Shown: piece by piece, positions 40,560-56,825 of the stretch
Layout: the number at the start of each line of letters is the position of its first letter
Numbering within the stretch: the stretch's first letter is position 1
DNA from: the human T2T-CHM13v2.0 reference genome, Homo sapiens
Length of the DNA: 64,000 nucleotides
Assembly (NCBI RefSeq): GCF_009914755.1
Contig: NC_060931.1
Direction: 5' to 3' (one strand)
The notes under the pieces: model-generated
The model's database searches: none
Seen by the model: the letters and a program-made list of their open reading frames with translations, nothing else
What the model was told of the DNA's origin: nothing
Program-made: the position numbers and the translations under genes

Positions 40560-43500
40560 AGAAGAATTTTAAATACAGACATCTCATTACACACCTAACT
40601 ACGTCAGTATTCAGCTCTTAAAAATAAATGTATTTTCCTGCATAGCCAAAAGAATGATTTTTAATATCTAGCAAAATAAATAATTTCTTAATTTCATTTT
40701 AGACCCAGCCAAAATAAAATTTCTCCATTTTTTTCCTGTTTTGTCCAAAATCAAGATGCAATCTAGGATCATGCATTGCATCTAGCTATTATACCCCTTA
40801 AGCTGCATTTAGTCTAGAACAATCAAGATTGGTTTCACATAATTTATTGGAGAGAGCAGATCTCTGAATTTATCTGATGGCTTCTAAGTGTGTTTTAAAT
40901 CTAACTCTCTCTTTTTTTTAATTAATTGGAAGTTCAATCTAACAGCTTGAACAAATTAGCTATTTGTCTAAGTATACTCATAGCTATTTGGGGCTAGAAT
41001 GCATCGCACCTGATGCTGTGGTTAACTGCACTACAATAAGGACAGAGTCTGTCCCCTGTCCCACCACTACAACTGCTGACACTGGACACCGAAACTACAG
41101 AGCCACAGTCTGAGCCCTCCACTATGCTGTTCTATTTTTCCCTTATGATCAAAAAGTAAACTGTGTAGTACAACTATAGCATTGTATAGAGCTTCAATTC
41201 TCCTTCAACCATTTACCATGTCGTTTTAATTCTAAATGAGAATCTATGAATGAATCAATTACTGCAAAAGTGTGATTTTTTTCTAATTCTACATTCCTTC
41301 TATGTTAACTAGATGTTCTCTCATTACTTGGGGATACTGGGATAATCAATTTCCTACTGAAAAAAACAGGATAGTTTTTAAATCATTGATTTTATAAGAA
41401 AAGATTTGGTTTAATACCTAACCCAAATGATAATATATACACTTTTGGCCTTATAAAAAGAGTTTAATTGTGCATTGAGGGATTTTTATAAAATCACTTT
41501 TAAGCCAACTACAAAAAATTATTCTTTTTGATGTTCAATATATCAAAACACTGGCTTGTGGGAGCCCTTTCAAGCTGTGTCTACTTTTAAGATAACAGCA
41601 TTCAATTTTGAAAATTATCTTGAGCTCAAATTATACAAGGATTGGTCTGTATCTTTTGTGTCTCCAGTCAATAATCAACCATTTCTTCAAGAAACTGATG
41701 CCTTTACTGGGGAATGATATCAGAGACCAAAATGTCTCTAAGTATACTCATTGATATTGGGGGTAAAATTACATCTAAGCCATATCAATGGACGTAGCAA
41801 GAAAATATATTTTTAAATCATAAATTCATTTGTAGATTTTGAATTCAATACTAACAATAAAATACTTTTATATAACTTCTTTGGTTTTGTAATTGTACCT
41901 CTTTTCTCTTGAATATTGAAAATCTTGTTATCTAATAATTAATAACATTTGTTGGCGTCTGTACTTGTCCTGAGCCTGTTTTCCCTCACATCAAATAGGG
42001 GAAGATACCCTTCCTTTAGTGTATCACCTTTGCAGGCTCCCATGTCAGCCAATAGCAGTCACTGGTGGGATTGGGAAGTAGGACAAAGGAAGAAGCCAGA
42101 GTATTTCTACCTTTTCTGTCTGTCATGGAAGATGCTTCTGGATATGACTGCTTCTCATCTGGGGTTTCAGTGCTCCAGGATAGGCTGACCTGAGCTCCAG
42201 CTGCAAACAGGTGATCTGGTCCTCTGGGCTCTGAAACCCATCTTTACGTTTCTTGCTCCTCTAACCTAAGATTGGAGAGGCTTCCTGTGTCTCTAAGATC
42301 TGGGTGGCCTCGTTATCTCCTCCTGGCTTCTTAGTTATTCCATTACCTATGTAGCTTATTCTCTAAATTACATACCCTTTTGAAAAAGAGAGTTTTATTG
42401 TCCTGGTTGGACCTTGATGACAGAGCTTTATAATATTCTTCAAATAAAATAGTTATTAAATAAATACTCCTAACAGTAAAACTACTAAAGAAAGTTTAAA
42501 ATGCCTTTGTCATTTTTTTCCCTATAGAATGCATCCCTAAAGATGTAGTCAAAGATCTATGCTCCAAAGTCACTTTAAATATTCTTTCTCTTTGTGATTA
42601 CATTAACAATTTATATACAGTAATGTACATTTGCTTTAGTGTGTTTCTAATTTGTAGGGATTCCTTTTTCTTTTTTATCTTTTTTAAAAAAATTAGAGCC
42701 ATGCATTTACATGGTATGAAAGTCAAAACTAAAATGTATACATTGGTGCCTCTCCTGATTTTTAAATGTATACATAGATGCCTCTCCTGATCTTTCTCAC
42801 TTAATTTCCCCTCCCTGCTCTTCATAATTAACCATTTTTATTAGCTTTTTGTTCATCCTTCTAATACTGTTCTTTTTGCAATATATACATTTCCTTTATT
42901 TCTTGTATAAAAGATAGTATGACAAATACACTATTTTGTAAATACTATTTCATTAAATAATATTATCCCAAAAAATCTCCCCAGAGCAGTACATAGAGAT
43001 GGTCCTCATTCTTTTATGCTGCTGCATATTACTCTGTCATATGAATGTGGCACAATTAATTCAGGCTATTCTATATTGTTAAATTCTTGTGTTGTTTCCC
43101 ATTTTTGCTACAAAATAATAGCAAAATGAACAGCTTTGTTCATATGCCATTTTAGATTTCTATGGGTGTATTTATAAGATAGATTCCTAGAAACAGGATT
43201 GCTGGTTCAAAGTGTAAATGCATGTGGACTCTGGTTAGATTTGGCAAATTCTCCTCCACAGGGCTTGTACCTTACTGGAATCCTACCAACAATGCATGCA
43301 AGTGGCTATTTTTCTAGTCTCACCAACAAGGCCTACTGCTGTTTTTTGTTTGTTTGTTTGTTTGTTTGTTTGCCAGTCTGCTGGGTGATAAATGATACCT
43401 CAGCGTATTTCTTTTGTTATGTTTGAAGTTGAACATATTATCACATGTATAAAGGCCATCTGTTATTTTTCTATAACTTATCTGTTCATATGCTTTAACA
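40560..43500 (-). mobile_element. Highly degraded L1ME-class fragments with an embedded LTR33/LTR16-like ERVL LTR (~41950-42425)
   Basis: Antisense L1 3' motifs (ATAGATTCCTAGAAACAGGATTGCTGG..CAAAGTGTAAATG); the LTR-like GC-richer block is judged from memory. Confidence 0.55.
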
Positions 43501-44074
43501 TTCTTGAAAAAAAAATAATGGGAAAAAACATTGGCCTAGAAGTTAGAAGATCAGGCTCTATCATAATTTTTCAATTCACTAGTCATGGTTTTCAAGCAGA
43601 TCAGAAACTTTCTCTGAGCCTTAGTTTCTATCAGTCAAGTGGTTCTGACAATAAAATAAATACAGTATATTAATATTATTTTGGAATTTGCAATATATAT
43701 TCACTTCTTCTTTATCACTCAAAAATTTATATTTCACATTTGATTCAATATTTTTTTCCTCTCCTCTCTCTTAACCTTTGGAGTCTATGTCCTGTAGCTT
43801 ATAATCATCATAAAATTTGGAGAGAAAGCTTTCATGATTTTCAGATGTCCCACTTCTACTGATGATAGTGAGGTAGAAAGGGTGTCTCCTACATAAAAAT
43901 TCAACAACCAGAAATTCATTTTAATTTCTACTATTATGCTTTTTTATTTATTTGGAATAAAACAGAGAGATTTCACAGACTGGAACATATTTACTATGCT
44001 AAAACCTGAAGACTGGTGCAAAAATGCCAGAGGAAGATGATAAATAAGAGTCCTAATCTTGATTAGACAACTAC

Positions 44075-44203
44075 CAGAAGCACTAAACTGCCTCTTCCTG
44101 AAGTTTCCATGGGTCTGGGCAGTGGCTAGAGTGCTTTGCCATTGCTGGATGTGTCCTCAGTCAGAGTCCAAAGTTCCTTTTGATTGTTGTTTCAGGAATC
44201 TTC
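44075..44203 (-). pseudogene. Candidate relic exon (129 nt, phase 1 to 1)
   Basis: TTCTCATTTTTTAAG|...CTG|GTAGTT; RFLKQQSKGTLDSD*GHIQQWQSTLATAQTHGNFRKRQFSAS. Confidence 0.45.
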
Positions 44204-44423
44204 CTTAAAAAATGAGAATTATAAGGGAAATGGTAAAAATTCACTCCTCTTAGAATATTAGCTTTTTTGACACTGTTAATTGGCAAAATTTGTTGAAGGA
44301 GAAATGACAGCTGTTTAAATAACTAGACTGCATTCATTTTAATTATTGCTTTTGGCAGGGTTCAAAGAGTTTAATCTTTCCTAAATCCCTCGGTAATGTC
44401 TGCTCTCTAAAAGGTTCAGTTAC

Positions 44424-44485
44424 CCTGGACAAGATCTTCATCAGCTACTTGCTATGCACTGGCAATGTTACTTGATATAGATAAG
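44424..44485 (-). pseudogene. Candidate relic exon (62 nt, phase 2 to 1)
   Basis: CCCTTTCAACTAG|...AGG|GTAACT; LSISSNIASA*QVADEDLVQ. Confidence 0.4.
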
Positions 44486-44579
44486 CTAGTTGAAAGGGTA
44501 ATTACTAGACAAAGAAATGTAAGATATATGCTAATCTAAGTTCTCAAACAGCTTCTTAACAAATATTTAGATCATTTAC

Positions 44580-44660
44580 CTTATTTATATTTATATTTGC
44601 TGATACACATCAAATATCTCATCATAATTTCCTCATTTGCCCTCTGTAGATCTAGATTCT
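44580..44660 (-). pseudogene. Candidate relic exon (81 nt, phase 2 to 2)
   Basis: CATTTTGCTTTAAG|...AAG|GTAAAT; ESRSTEGK*GNYDEIFDVYQQI*I*I; 94-nt gap to the next candidate exon. Confidence 0.4.
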
Positions 44661-45616
44661 CTTAAAGCAAAATGTAACAAACAAAAGTAAACTGACTAAA
44701 TAAGTAGACCGATATCTTTCAGTCTGAATCTATAAATATGTAGTATTGTCCTGTACTAATGTGTTTTTAAGTTTTTTAACCTATAGAATTTTGCAGAACT
44801 GTACTTTTGTATACTTTCAACTTAAAAATACTACATAAAAGGAAAGCCAAAGTTTTAAATTTGACAATCATTTGGTAAAAATAACCAGAGAAGCCTTAAT
44901 TTCTCAAACTTCCATCCAAATTATTTTCATAACAATTGTGTTAAATGCTTATGTGATGTTTTGATTTCTTTGCTCAGGAACATCTCCACTTAAATTCAAT
45001 GTTCTGAAAGACATATATGATGTTTCTTATAAGATTAATAAGATGAAGGAAAAGGACAGGAAAAACTCAAGAGTCAATTATGTAATTTGCATTTTTAGAG
45101 ACTTGATTGCAAACCTTAACTAAAAAAACAAGTCTTAGATTAGATTAACTGAATATTCATTTAATGGCAGAAAACCAGAACTTTTTTAAAAAAAGGTTTC
45201 ATGTTTGCAGGTCAGGCGGAAGCCTGTGTTTTTATTTTTATACTCAAATTCTCTGACTTTGTCAACATGAATATAATATCTAAAAGAGAGATGTGCCCTT
45301 ATGATGAGTCAAGAGGCACAATAGTTTACAGTTAGTTCCTTTTTATTTGGACTAATGGCTATAGGTGGTTTATTTGGCTAAACATGATACTGAATCATTG
45401 GTAAAAACATTCCATTAGGTATATAATTAGTGGGCACATGAGAGAGTAGCATAGGAAATATATAATTAACTGTATACATTATACTAAAATAAGAATGTGT
45501 ATAAAAGAAGTTGACTCCATATCTTGAAAGAATTTTAGAGATTAAAGGAACTCCCACAACAGCAAATGTTACTAACATAGTAGTATATTTGAATACTGTG
45601 ATTTAGAAATGACTTT

Positions 45617-45907
45617 GTTTACCTATTTTTTTTAAGATGGAGTATCATTCTGTCACCCAGGCTGGACTATAGTGGTATGATCATAGCTCACTGCAGCCTT
45701 GAATTCCAGGGCTCAAGCCATCCTCCTGCCTCAGCCTTCCAAGTGGCTAGGACTACAGGCACCTGCCACCGTGCCCAGCTAATGTTTTGTTTGTTTGTTT
45801 TTAGAGATGGGGTCTTGTTTCATTGCCCAGTCTGGTCTTGAACTCCTGGACTCAAGCAATGCTCCTGCCTCTGCTGATATTACAGACATTAGTAACTGTG
45901 CCCTGCC
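45617..45907 (-). mobile_element. AluJ
   Basis: AluJ-type GATCATAGCTCACTGCAGCCTTGAA, CTCAAGCCATCCTCC; TSD AGAAATGACTTT. Confidence 0.9.
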
Positions 45908-46329
45908 AGAAATGACTTTTAATAGAGTGATAATTTGAATTATTTTTCAAATATTCATTATTTCAGCATTTTCCAAACTATTAGCTGTGATACATGGATG
46001 CATGATGAAATTTACAATCTTTATCTTTATTAAAACTCCTGGATTTTTCCGTTAGCCCTTTGGTACTTTCAATTCTACTGCTCAACCAAACAATTGATCA
46101 AGTATTTACTAGTACCTACTATAAATAGACTCAGTACTTTGCCACATGCTAAGGATGGTACATACATATGTATAACACATAGTTGCCAAATTTAAGGAAT
46201 TTACAAGTGTTTAAGAAACAAAGAAAATAAATTGATATGAAAAATTAGAGATCAAAACAAGGTAGGCACCATGAATTCTAAGATGTTTCAAAGGAGAAAA
46301 CAGTTTGCCTTACATTTGCCTACAGTTTG

Positions 46330-46574
46330 CAAAATCATCTAGCAACACAGTACACTGTAGAGTTTCAGTTGTTTACCCTCATGATCCCATGGCTGACTGG
46401 GAGCTGTGGGCCACTACGGCTTCCCAGCACCTTGAGAGAGTATCGTACTGCATGTGGCTAGCCTTGGAAGAGATCAAAATTCAAAGTACAGTTTCTACTT
46501 AATGCATATCACTTTTGCACCATTGCATAGTCAAAAAATCTTAAGTTGAGACATCATAAGTTGGGGACCATCTG
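46330..46574 (+). mobile_element. MER82-like Tigger 3' part
   Basis: AAAATTCAAAGTACAGTTTCTACT..ATGCATATCAC...CATAAGTTGGGGACCATCTG terminus. Confidence 0.75.
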
Positions 46575-46970
46575 CTATCTACATACAAAAGAGTGAAGTT
46601 GAATTTCTACCTGATACCAAATATGCAAATCAACTCAAAATGGAGCAAATACCTAGATGTAAAAGCTAAAACTACGAAACACTTAAAAGAAAATAAACGG
46701 GTAAATCTTTGTAACCTGGGATTAGGCAATGGTTACTGTGATATAATACCAAAAGCATGAGAAACAAAAAATAGATAGACTGGAATTCATCAAAGGTAAA
46801 AACTTCTGTTTCAAAGGACACTGTCAAGAACGTGAAGGACAACCCACAGAAGTGGAGAAAATTTTTGCAAATTATATTTTATAAGAGATTTGTCTCCAGA
46901 ATATATCAAGAACACTTCCTATTCAATAATTTAATAAAAAGACGAGCCAACTTTAAAAAATACACAAAGC

Positions 46971-47983
46971 GGGGGTGGAGCCAAGATGGCCGAATAGGAA
47001 CAGCTCCAGTCTACAGCTCCCAGCGTGAGTGATGCAGAAGACAGGTGATTTCTCCATTTCCAACTGAGGTACTGGTTCATCTCACTGGGGAGTGTTGGAA
47101 AGTGGGTGCAGGACAGTGGGTGCAGCGCACCGAGCATGAGCCGAAGCAGGGCAAGGCATCGCCTCACCTGGGAAGTGCAAGGGGTCAGGGAATTCCCTTT
47201 CCTAGTCAAAGAAAGGGGTGACAGATGGCACCTGGAAAACCGGTTCACACCCACCCTAATACTGTGCTTTTCCAACAGTCTTAGCAAACGGCACACCAGG
47301 AGATTATATCCTGTGCCTGGCTCGGAGGGTACTACCCCCACGGACCCTCACTTATTGCTAGCACAGCAGTCTGAGATCAAACTGCAAGGTGGCAGTGAGG
47401 CTGGGGGAGGGGCGCCCGCCATTGCCGAGGCTTGAGTAGGTAAACAAAGTGGCTAGGAAGCTCGAACTGGGTGGAACCTACCACAGCTCAAGGAGGCCTG
47501 CCTGCCTCTGTAGACTCCACCTCTGGGGGCAGGGCATAGACAAACAAAAGGCAGCAGAAACCTCTGCAGACTTAAATGTGCCTGCCTGACAGCTTTGAAG
47601 AGAGTAGTGGTTCTTCCAGCACACAGCTTGAGATCTGAGAACAGACAGACCGCCTCAAGTGGGTCCCTGACCCCCGAGTAGCCTAACTGGGAGGCACCCC
47701 CAAGTAGGGGCCAGACTGACACCTCACACGGCCGGGTACTCCTCTGAGACAAAACTTCCAGAGGAACGATCAGGCAGCAACATTTGCTGTTCACCAATAT
47801 CCGCTGTTCTCAGCCTCCGTTGCTGATACCCAGGCAAACAGGGTCTGGAGTGGACCTCTGGCAAACTCCAACAGACCTGCAGCTGAGGGTCCTGACTGTT
47901 AGAAGGAAAACTAACAAACAGAAAGGACATCCACATCTGTATGTCACCATCATCAAAGACCAAAGGTAGATAAAACCACAAAG
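46971..47983 (+). promoter_or_regulatory. L1 5'UTR internal promoter with intact YY1 site (CAAGATGGCC, ~46982-46991)
   Basis: Motif seen; promoter role is established L1 biology; many CpGs have decayed. Confidence 0.75.
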
Positions 47984-49001
47984 ATGGGGAAAAAACAGAG
48001 CAGAAAAACTGAAAATTCTAAAAATCAGAGCACCTCTCCTCCTCCAAAGGAACGCAGCTCCTCACCAGCAACAGAATAAAGCTGGATGGAGAATGACTTT
48101 GACAAGTTGAGAGAAGAAGGCTTCAGAGGATCAAACTCCTCCGAGCTAAAGGAGGAAGTTCGAACCCATCGCAAAGAAGTTAAAAACCTTGAAAAAAAAT
48201 TAGACGAATGGCTAACTAGAATAACCAATGCAGAGATGTCCTTAAAGGACCTGATGGAGCTGAAAACCACCGCATGAGAACTATGTGACAAATGCACAGG
48301 CCTCAGTAGCCGATTCGATCAACTGGAAGAAAGGGTATCAGTGATGGAAGATCAAATGAATGAAATGAAGCAAGAAGAGAAGTTGAGAGAGAAAAGAATA
48401 CAAAGAAATGAACAAAGCCTCCAAGAACTATGGGACTATGTGAAAAGACCAAATCTACGTCTGATTGGTGTACCTGAAAGTGACAGCGAGAATGGAACCA
48501 AGTTGGAAAACACTCTGTAGGATATTATCCAGGAGAACTTCCCCGATCTAGCAAGGCAGGCCAACATTCAGATTCAGGAAACACAGAGAATGCCACAAAG
48601 ATACTCCTCAAGAAGAGCAACTCCAAGACACATAATTGTCAGATTCACCAAAGTTGAAATGAAGGAAAAAATGTTAAGGGCAGCCAGAGAGAAAGGTCAG
48701 GTTACCCACAAAGGGAAGCCCATCAGACTAACAGCTGATCTCTTGGCAGAAACTCTACAAGCCAGAAGAGAGTGGGGGCCAATATTCAACATTCTTAAAG
48801 AACAGAATTTTCAACCCAGAGTTTCATATCCAGCCAAACTAAGCTTCATAAGTGAAGGAGAATTAAAATCCTTCACAGACAAGCAAATGCTGAGAGATTT
48901 TTGTCACCACCAGGCCTGCCCTAAAAGAGCTCCTGAAGGAAGCACTAAACATGGAAAGGAACAACTGGTATCAGCCACTGCAAAAACATGCCAAATTGTA
49001 A
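47984..49001 (+). pseudogene. L1 ORF1p, disrupted
   Basis: ATG GGG AAA AAA CAG start; premature stops (~48078 TAA, ~48275 TGA); frameshift near 48900; C-terminal MPQRYSSRRATPRHIIVRF. Confidence 0.93.
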
Positions 49002-49064
49002 AGACCATTGAGGCTAGGAAGAAACTGCATCAACTAATGAGCAAAATAATCAGCTAACATCATA

Positions 49065-52896
<3,832 letters not shown>

Positions 52897-53106
52897 ACAA
52901 TGAGAACACATGGACACAGGAAGGGGAACATCACACACTGGGGCGTGTTGTGGGGTGGGGGGTGGGGGGAGGGATATCATTAGGAGATATACCTAATGTT
53001 AAATGACGAGTTAATGGGTGCAGCACACCAACATGGCACACGTATACATATGTAACTAACCTGCATGTTGTGCACATGTACCCTAAAACTTAAAGTATAA
53101 TTAAAA

Positions 53107-53297
53107 AATTACATTTATAGAAGATGAAAATAATATTAAATCCATAGATTAAATTCAGTTTTACTCAAAAAAAAAGAAGAAAAGGAAATGAATGGACTGT
53201 AAACACCCAAGTTCCTGAACAAGAAATATAAATATTCACATTATTCAAGTTAACAAATAAATGTAATAAAAGCTCAAAATAAATATTTTCCAATAGA
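53107..53297 (+). other. L1 3' transduction (~190 bp of non-L1 sequence inside the TSDs)
   Basis: Lies between the L1 3' end and the 3' TSD copy (53298-53312); contains AATAAA motifs before a terminal A-run. Confidence 0.8.
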
Positions 53298-54895
53298 AAA
53301 AAATGTACAAAGGATCTGAATAAGCATTTATATATCTAAATGCTTATTTATCTTCTAAATAAGATATATGTGTGGTAAATACATGAAAAGTTACTCAACA
53401 TCATTAGCTATCAGGAAATGCAAATCAAAACCACAATGAGCTACCAGTTCATACCCACTAAGATGCTATAATATGAAAGATAATTACAAGTGTTGATAAG
53501 GAAGCAGAGAAACTGGATCTCTCATAAACTATTGGTGAGAATGTAAAATGGTACAGACACTTTGGAAAACAGTTTGGCAGTTCCTCAAAATGTTAAACAT
53601 AGACCCAGCATACATATGTTTCAAGATAACTGAAAACATATGTCCATACACCAGTATGTTCATGAATATTCTTAGCAACATTATTCATAATAATTCAAAA
53701 GTATAAACAACTGAATTATCCATCACCTGACAAATGGATGAAGAAAGCATGGTATATGCAAACAATGAAATATTATTCAGCCATTAAAAAAGAGTACTGA
53801 TATACGCTATGGCATGGATAAACCTTGAAAATATTACGCTAAGTGAAAGAAGGCAGTCACAAGACTATATATTGATATGAAATGTCCAAAATAGGCAAAT
53901 CCATAGAGATAAAAAGTAGATAATAATTGCTTAGGACTGGGACTTGGATTGGGGGTTGATGGGAAATGTGTAGCCATACCCTGTATGTATTAGCAAATAG
54001 ATACAAGGGTTCTTCTTTGAGTGATAAAAACGTTCCAAAGTTGATGGTGTTAACAGTTGCACAAGTCTGTGAATATTTAAAAAACCAAGGAATTCTATGC
54101 TTTATATGAGTTATATTTTAATGCTGATTTTAAAAATTAGTATGATTATAACTGGGAAGTTTAAATAGTACCTTCAGCCCATATGGATTCCATAAATACA
54201 AAAATAATACCATTTTATTATAAACAAAGTAGGAAGTCCTAAGAAAGAGAATTTTAGACTTTGAGAGAAATTTAGAAAATATCTAGTCTTATTTCCTAAG
54301 TGCCCCATTTTTTAGAAAAGCAACTTTAACAACAGGGTGGTGGTTAAGTCTATGGATTCTTGGGATGACAGACAATGGGTCTCCATCACTTGATGAGTCT
54401 CCATCACTGATGACTGAGTCATTCTGGGAAAGGCATATGAACTCGCAGCCTCAATGTTCCTATTTACAAGAAGGGGGAGAAGGCAGAATATCGCTTATAG
54501 TGTAGTTATTATAGGATTACATGAGATACACATACACACACATGCTAGCACAAGGCCTGAAATATAAAGAGTGCTCAATGAAATTTAGCTAATGTTATAA
54601 AAGTGTCTTCCTCTACCTCAAGTTACGTATGTAGTGGAGCTGGGATAGAAAAAAATTTGGTTTTCTTCTCTTCTATTCTCTTTCCGTTGTATCGTTATAC
54701 CAAAGATTGAAAAATACTAAATTATTCTACCCAGAAAGAATGTGAACAGCTCTGATGCCAAATCACTTTAGAGTAATTGATGTTCTATGATTTTCAGAGT
54801 CAACAGACAGAATGAAGGTGGTCTTAAGATTTTAAAATGGTCTTGTGGTACTTCTGTCACATCTAGAAGTATAGTTTCGCTAAGACAGTACTTAC

Positions 54896-54952
54896 ACCCT
54901 AGCCCTGGGGATCATTTTTCTTTCCTCTGAATTCTCACTCTTGTTTGACATT
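54896..54952 (-). pseudogene. Candidate relic exon (57 nt, phase 2 to 2)
   Basis: Donor GGT|GTAAGT; open frame MSNKSENSEERKMIPRAR; weak acceptor. Confidence 0.3.
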
Positions 54953-55875
54953 CTATCTATTACATGTGCTAATCTGATAAGATGACGTAACATGACATCT
55001 GCATGTCTTAGGTAATCAAATCTGAAAAACAACTTTAGGAAGCAACTAGCTTTCGGTATTTATCCACAGCTTATCCTCTGAGAGAAACAGAGAATAATAG
55101 CTGCAAATATTTCTTAGAGTTTTGATGGCATTCTGCATGGTTATAAGGAATTGGCTCCTCTCATACATATGTTTTTGAGGTTACATGATTAATTTGATTA
55201 TTTACCTTGGCAAATGTTATCATAGTAGCATTTTGATTAGCAGCAAATAAGTTATTTCTACAGAGGTGCCATGTGAGATTATCTAGGTGATATTACACAG
55301 TAGGTAGGTATTAGGAACACTTTATAAGTGTGCACTTATGCACTGCTGATTAGATTACCTTTTGATGCAACTGTTCTGAGGGGGATTTTGGCAAAAGATC
55401 TCAAAAGCCTTCAACCTTTCACTCATCATTTCCACTGCCAAGGATCTGTCTAACAAAAATCACGAAATATATTCCCAAATATTTGTTTATTAAAAGTTGA
55501 CCAAAAGATTATATAAAATCATGACATCTTGAAAACAACTCAAATGTTCCATCATGATGACTTAGGAAATAAAATTAAACATGTCCATGGTTTGTATTTA
55601 AAAGATTGTTTATAATACCTTATGTGAAGATTTTACATAATATGTAAAATACTGTAATGGGTTTCAGAATAATATTCATAATAGGGTTGCAATAATTTTA
55701 AAATAACTCTGAATACATTCTATGTGTGCATATATGTGAATACATATATGCATTAAACTTTATCATTTGGACTTGATTTGCAAAGCATCATTAGTTTTTT
55801 TACTTAACCTCAATAATTCCTTTAGACATGTGAGCTCTGCAAATCTATGGACTTTGCAGCAGAATGCCTTTCTTT

Positions 55876-56199
55876 TTTTTTTTTTTTTATTATACTTTAA
55901 GTTTTAGGGTACATGTGCACATTGTGCAGGTTAGTTACATATGTATACATGTGCCATGCTGGTGCGCTGCACCCACTAACTCGTCATCTAGCATTAGGTA
56001 TATCTCCCAATGCTACCCCTCCCCCTCCCCCCACCCCACCACAGTCCCCAGAGTGTGATATTCCCCTTCCTGTGACCATGTGATCAGTTCATGTCCTTTG
56101 TAGGGACATGGATGAAATTGGAAACCATCATTCTCAGTAAACTATCGCAAGAACAAAAAACCAAACACCGCATATTCTCACTCATAGGTGGGAATTGAA
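55876..56199 (-). mobile_element. Young L1PA2-type 5'-truncated, 5'-inverted insertion
   Basis: Exact 16-bp TSD CAGAATGCCTTTCTTT (55860-55875 / 56200-56215); strand switch at 56085/56086; GCTAGATGACGAGTTAGTGGG (GAG, not Ta-type ACA). Confidence 0.96.
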
Positions 56200-56825
56200 C
56201 AGAATGCCTTTCTTTAGAAACCACTGCTATCAGAATAGGAACTGTGAAAACAAATGAGAATGCTCTCATACAGTTATTTTATGGTCTATCAGTATTAATG
56301 AATTGTACTCAATTCACCCTCAGTTTTTAGAGTCTGAAAATGTAGATACCATGAATGTTTATGCAAGAGTTTTTTAATGAGTATTTTCAGTGAGACCTAT
56401 TATTGTGTTAATTGAATATAGAAATCCTTTATATTAATCCTTGTAAAATATAATGATTTTTAAAACACAGTAGAAAAAGTGGAAGGTCTTGTCTGCCTGA
56501 TGTGCTCCCAATGTGATGTGGTATATTTGAAAGAGATCCAGTTGTTATCAAGGTACTTTTCTTGGTATTCTTCTACCTGTCATCCACTGCTAGGCCTTAA
56601 GGCTTGGCAATCTTTTAACGTCTTACAGAATTATAGGACATATATCAGACTGCATATGTACTAGATATGACAGACAGTGGTCATTCTCTAAGTCTTGTAT
56701 ATATTTCCTGTTTCTGTTTTGAGTAAAATGTCCAATACCACTGGGAATGCCTATTTAACATTGCTAAGAGAACAAGAAAATTTATCTTCTTTGGATCTAA
56801 CCATCTGAGCCAACTCTATTTTTTC

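Noticed and set aside
46971-47800. GC-rich block as a CpG-island gene promoter
   Set aside because: It is the L1 5'UTR; no independent CpG island is visible in the window.
54379-54414. Short direct duplications (GTCTCCATCACT..GATGA here; also ~27993 and ~33587)
   Set aside because: Ordinary slippage duplications inside old repeats.
56497-56621. Minus-strand segment TLKDCQALRPSSG*QVEEYQEKYLDNNWISFKYTTSHWEHI as a defined exon
   Set aside because: Phase fits its neighbours, but the donor is non-canonical (AG|GCAGAC) and the acceptor weak; kept only as supporting context.
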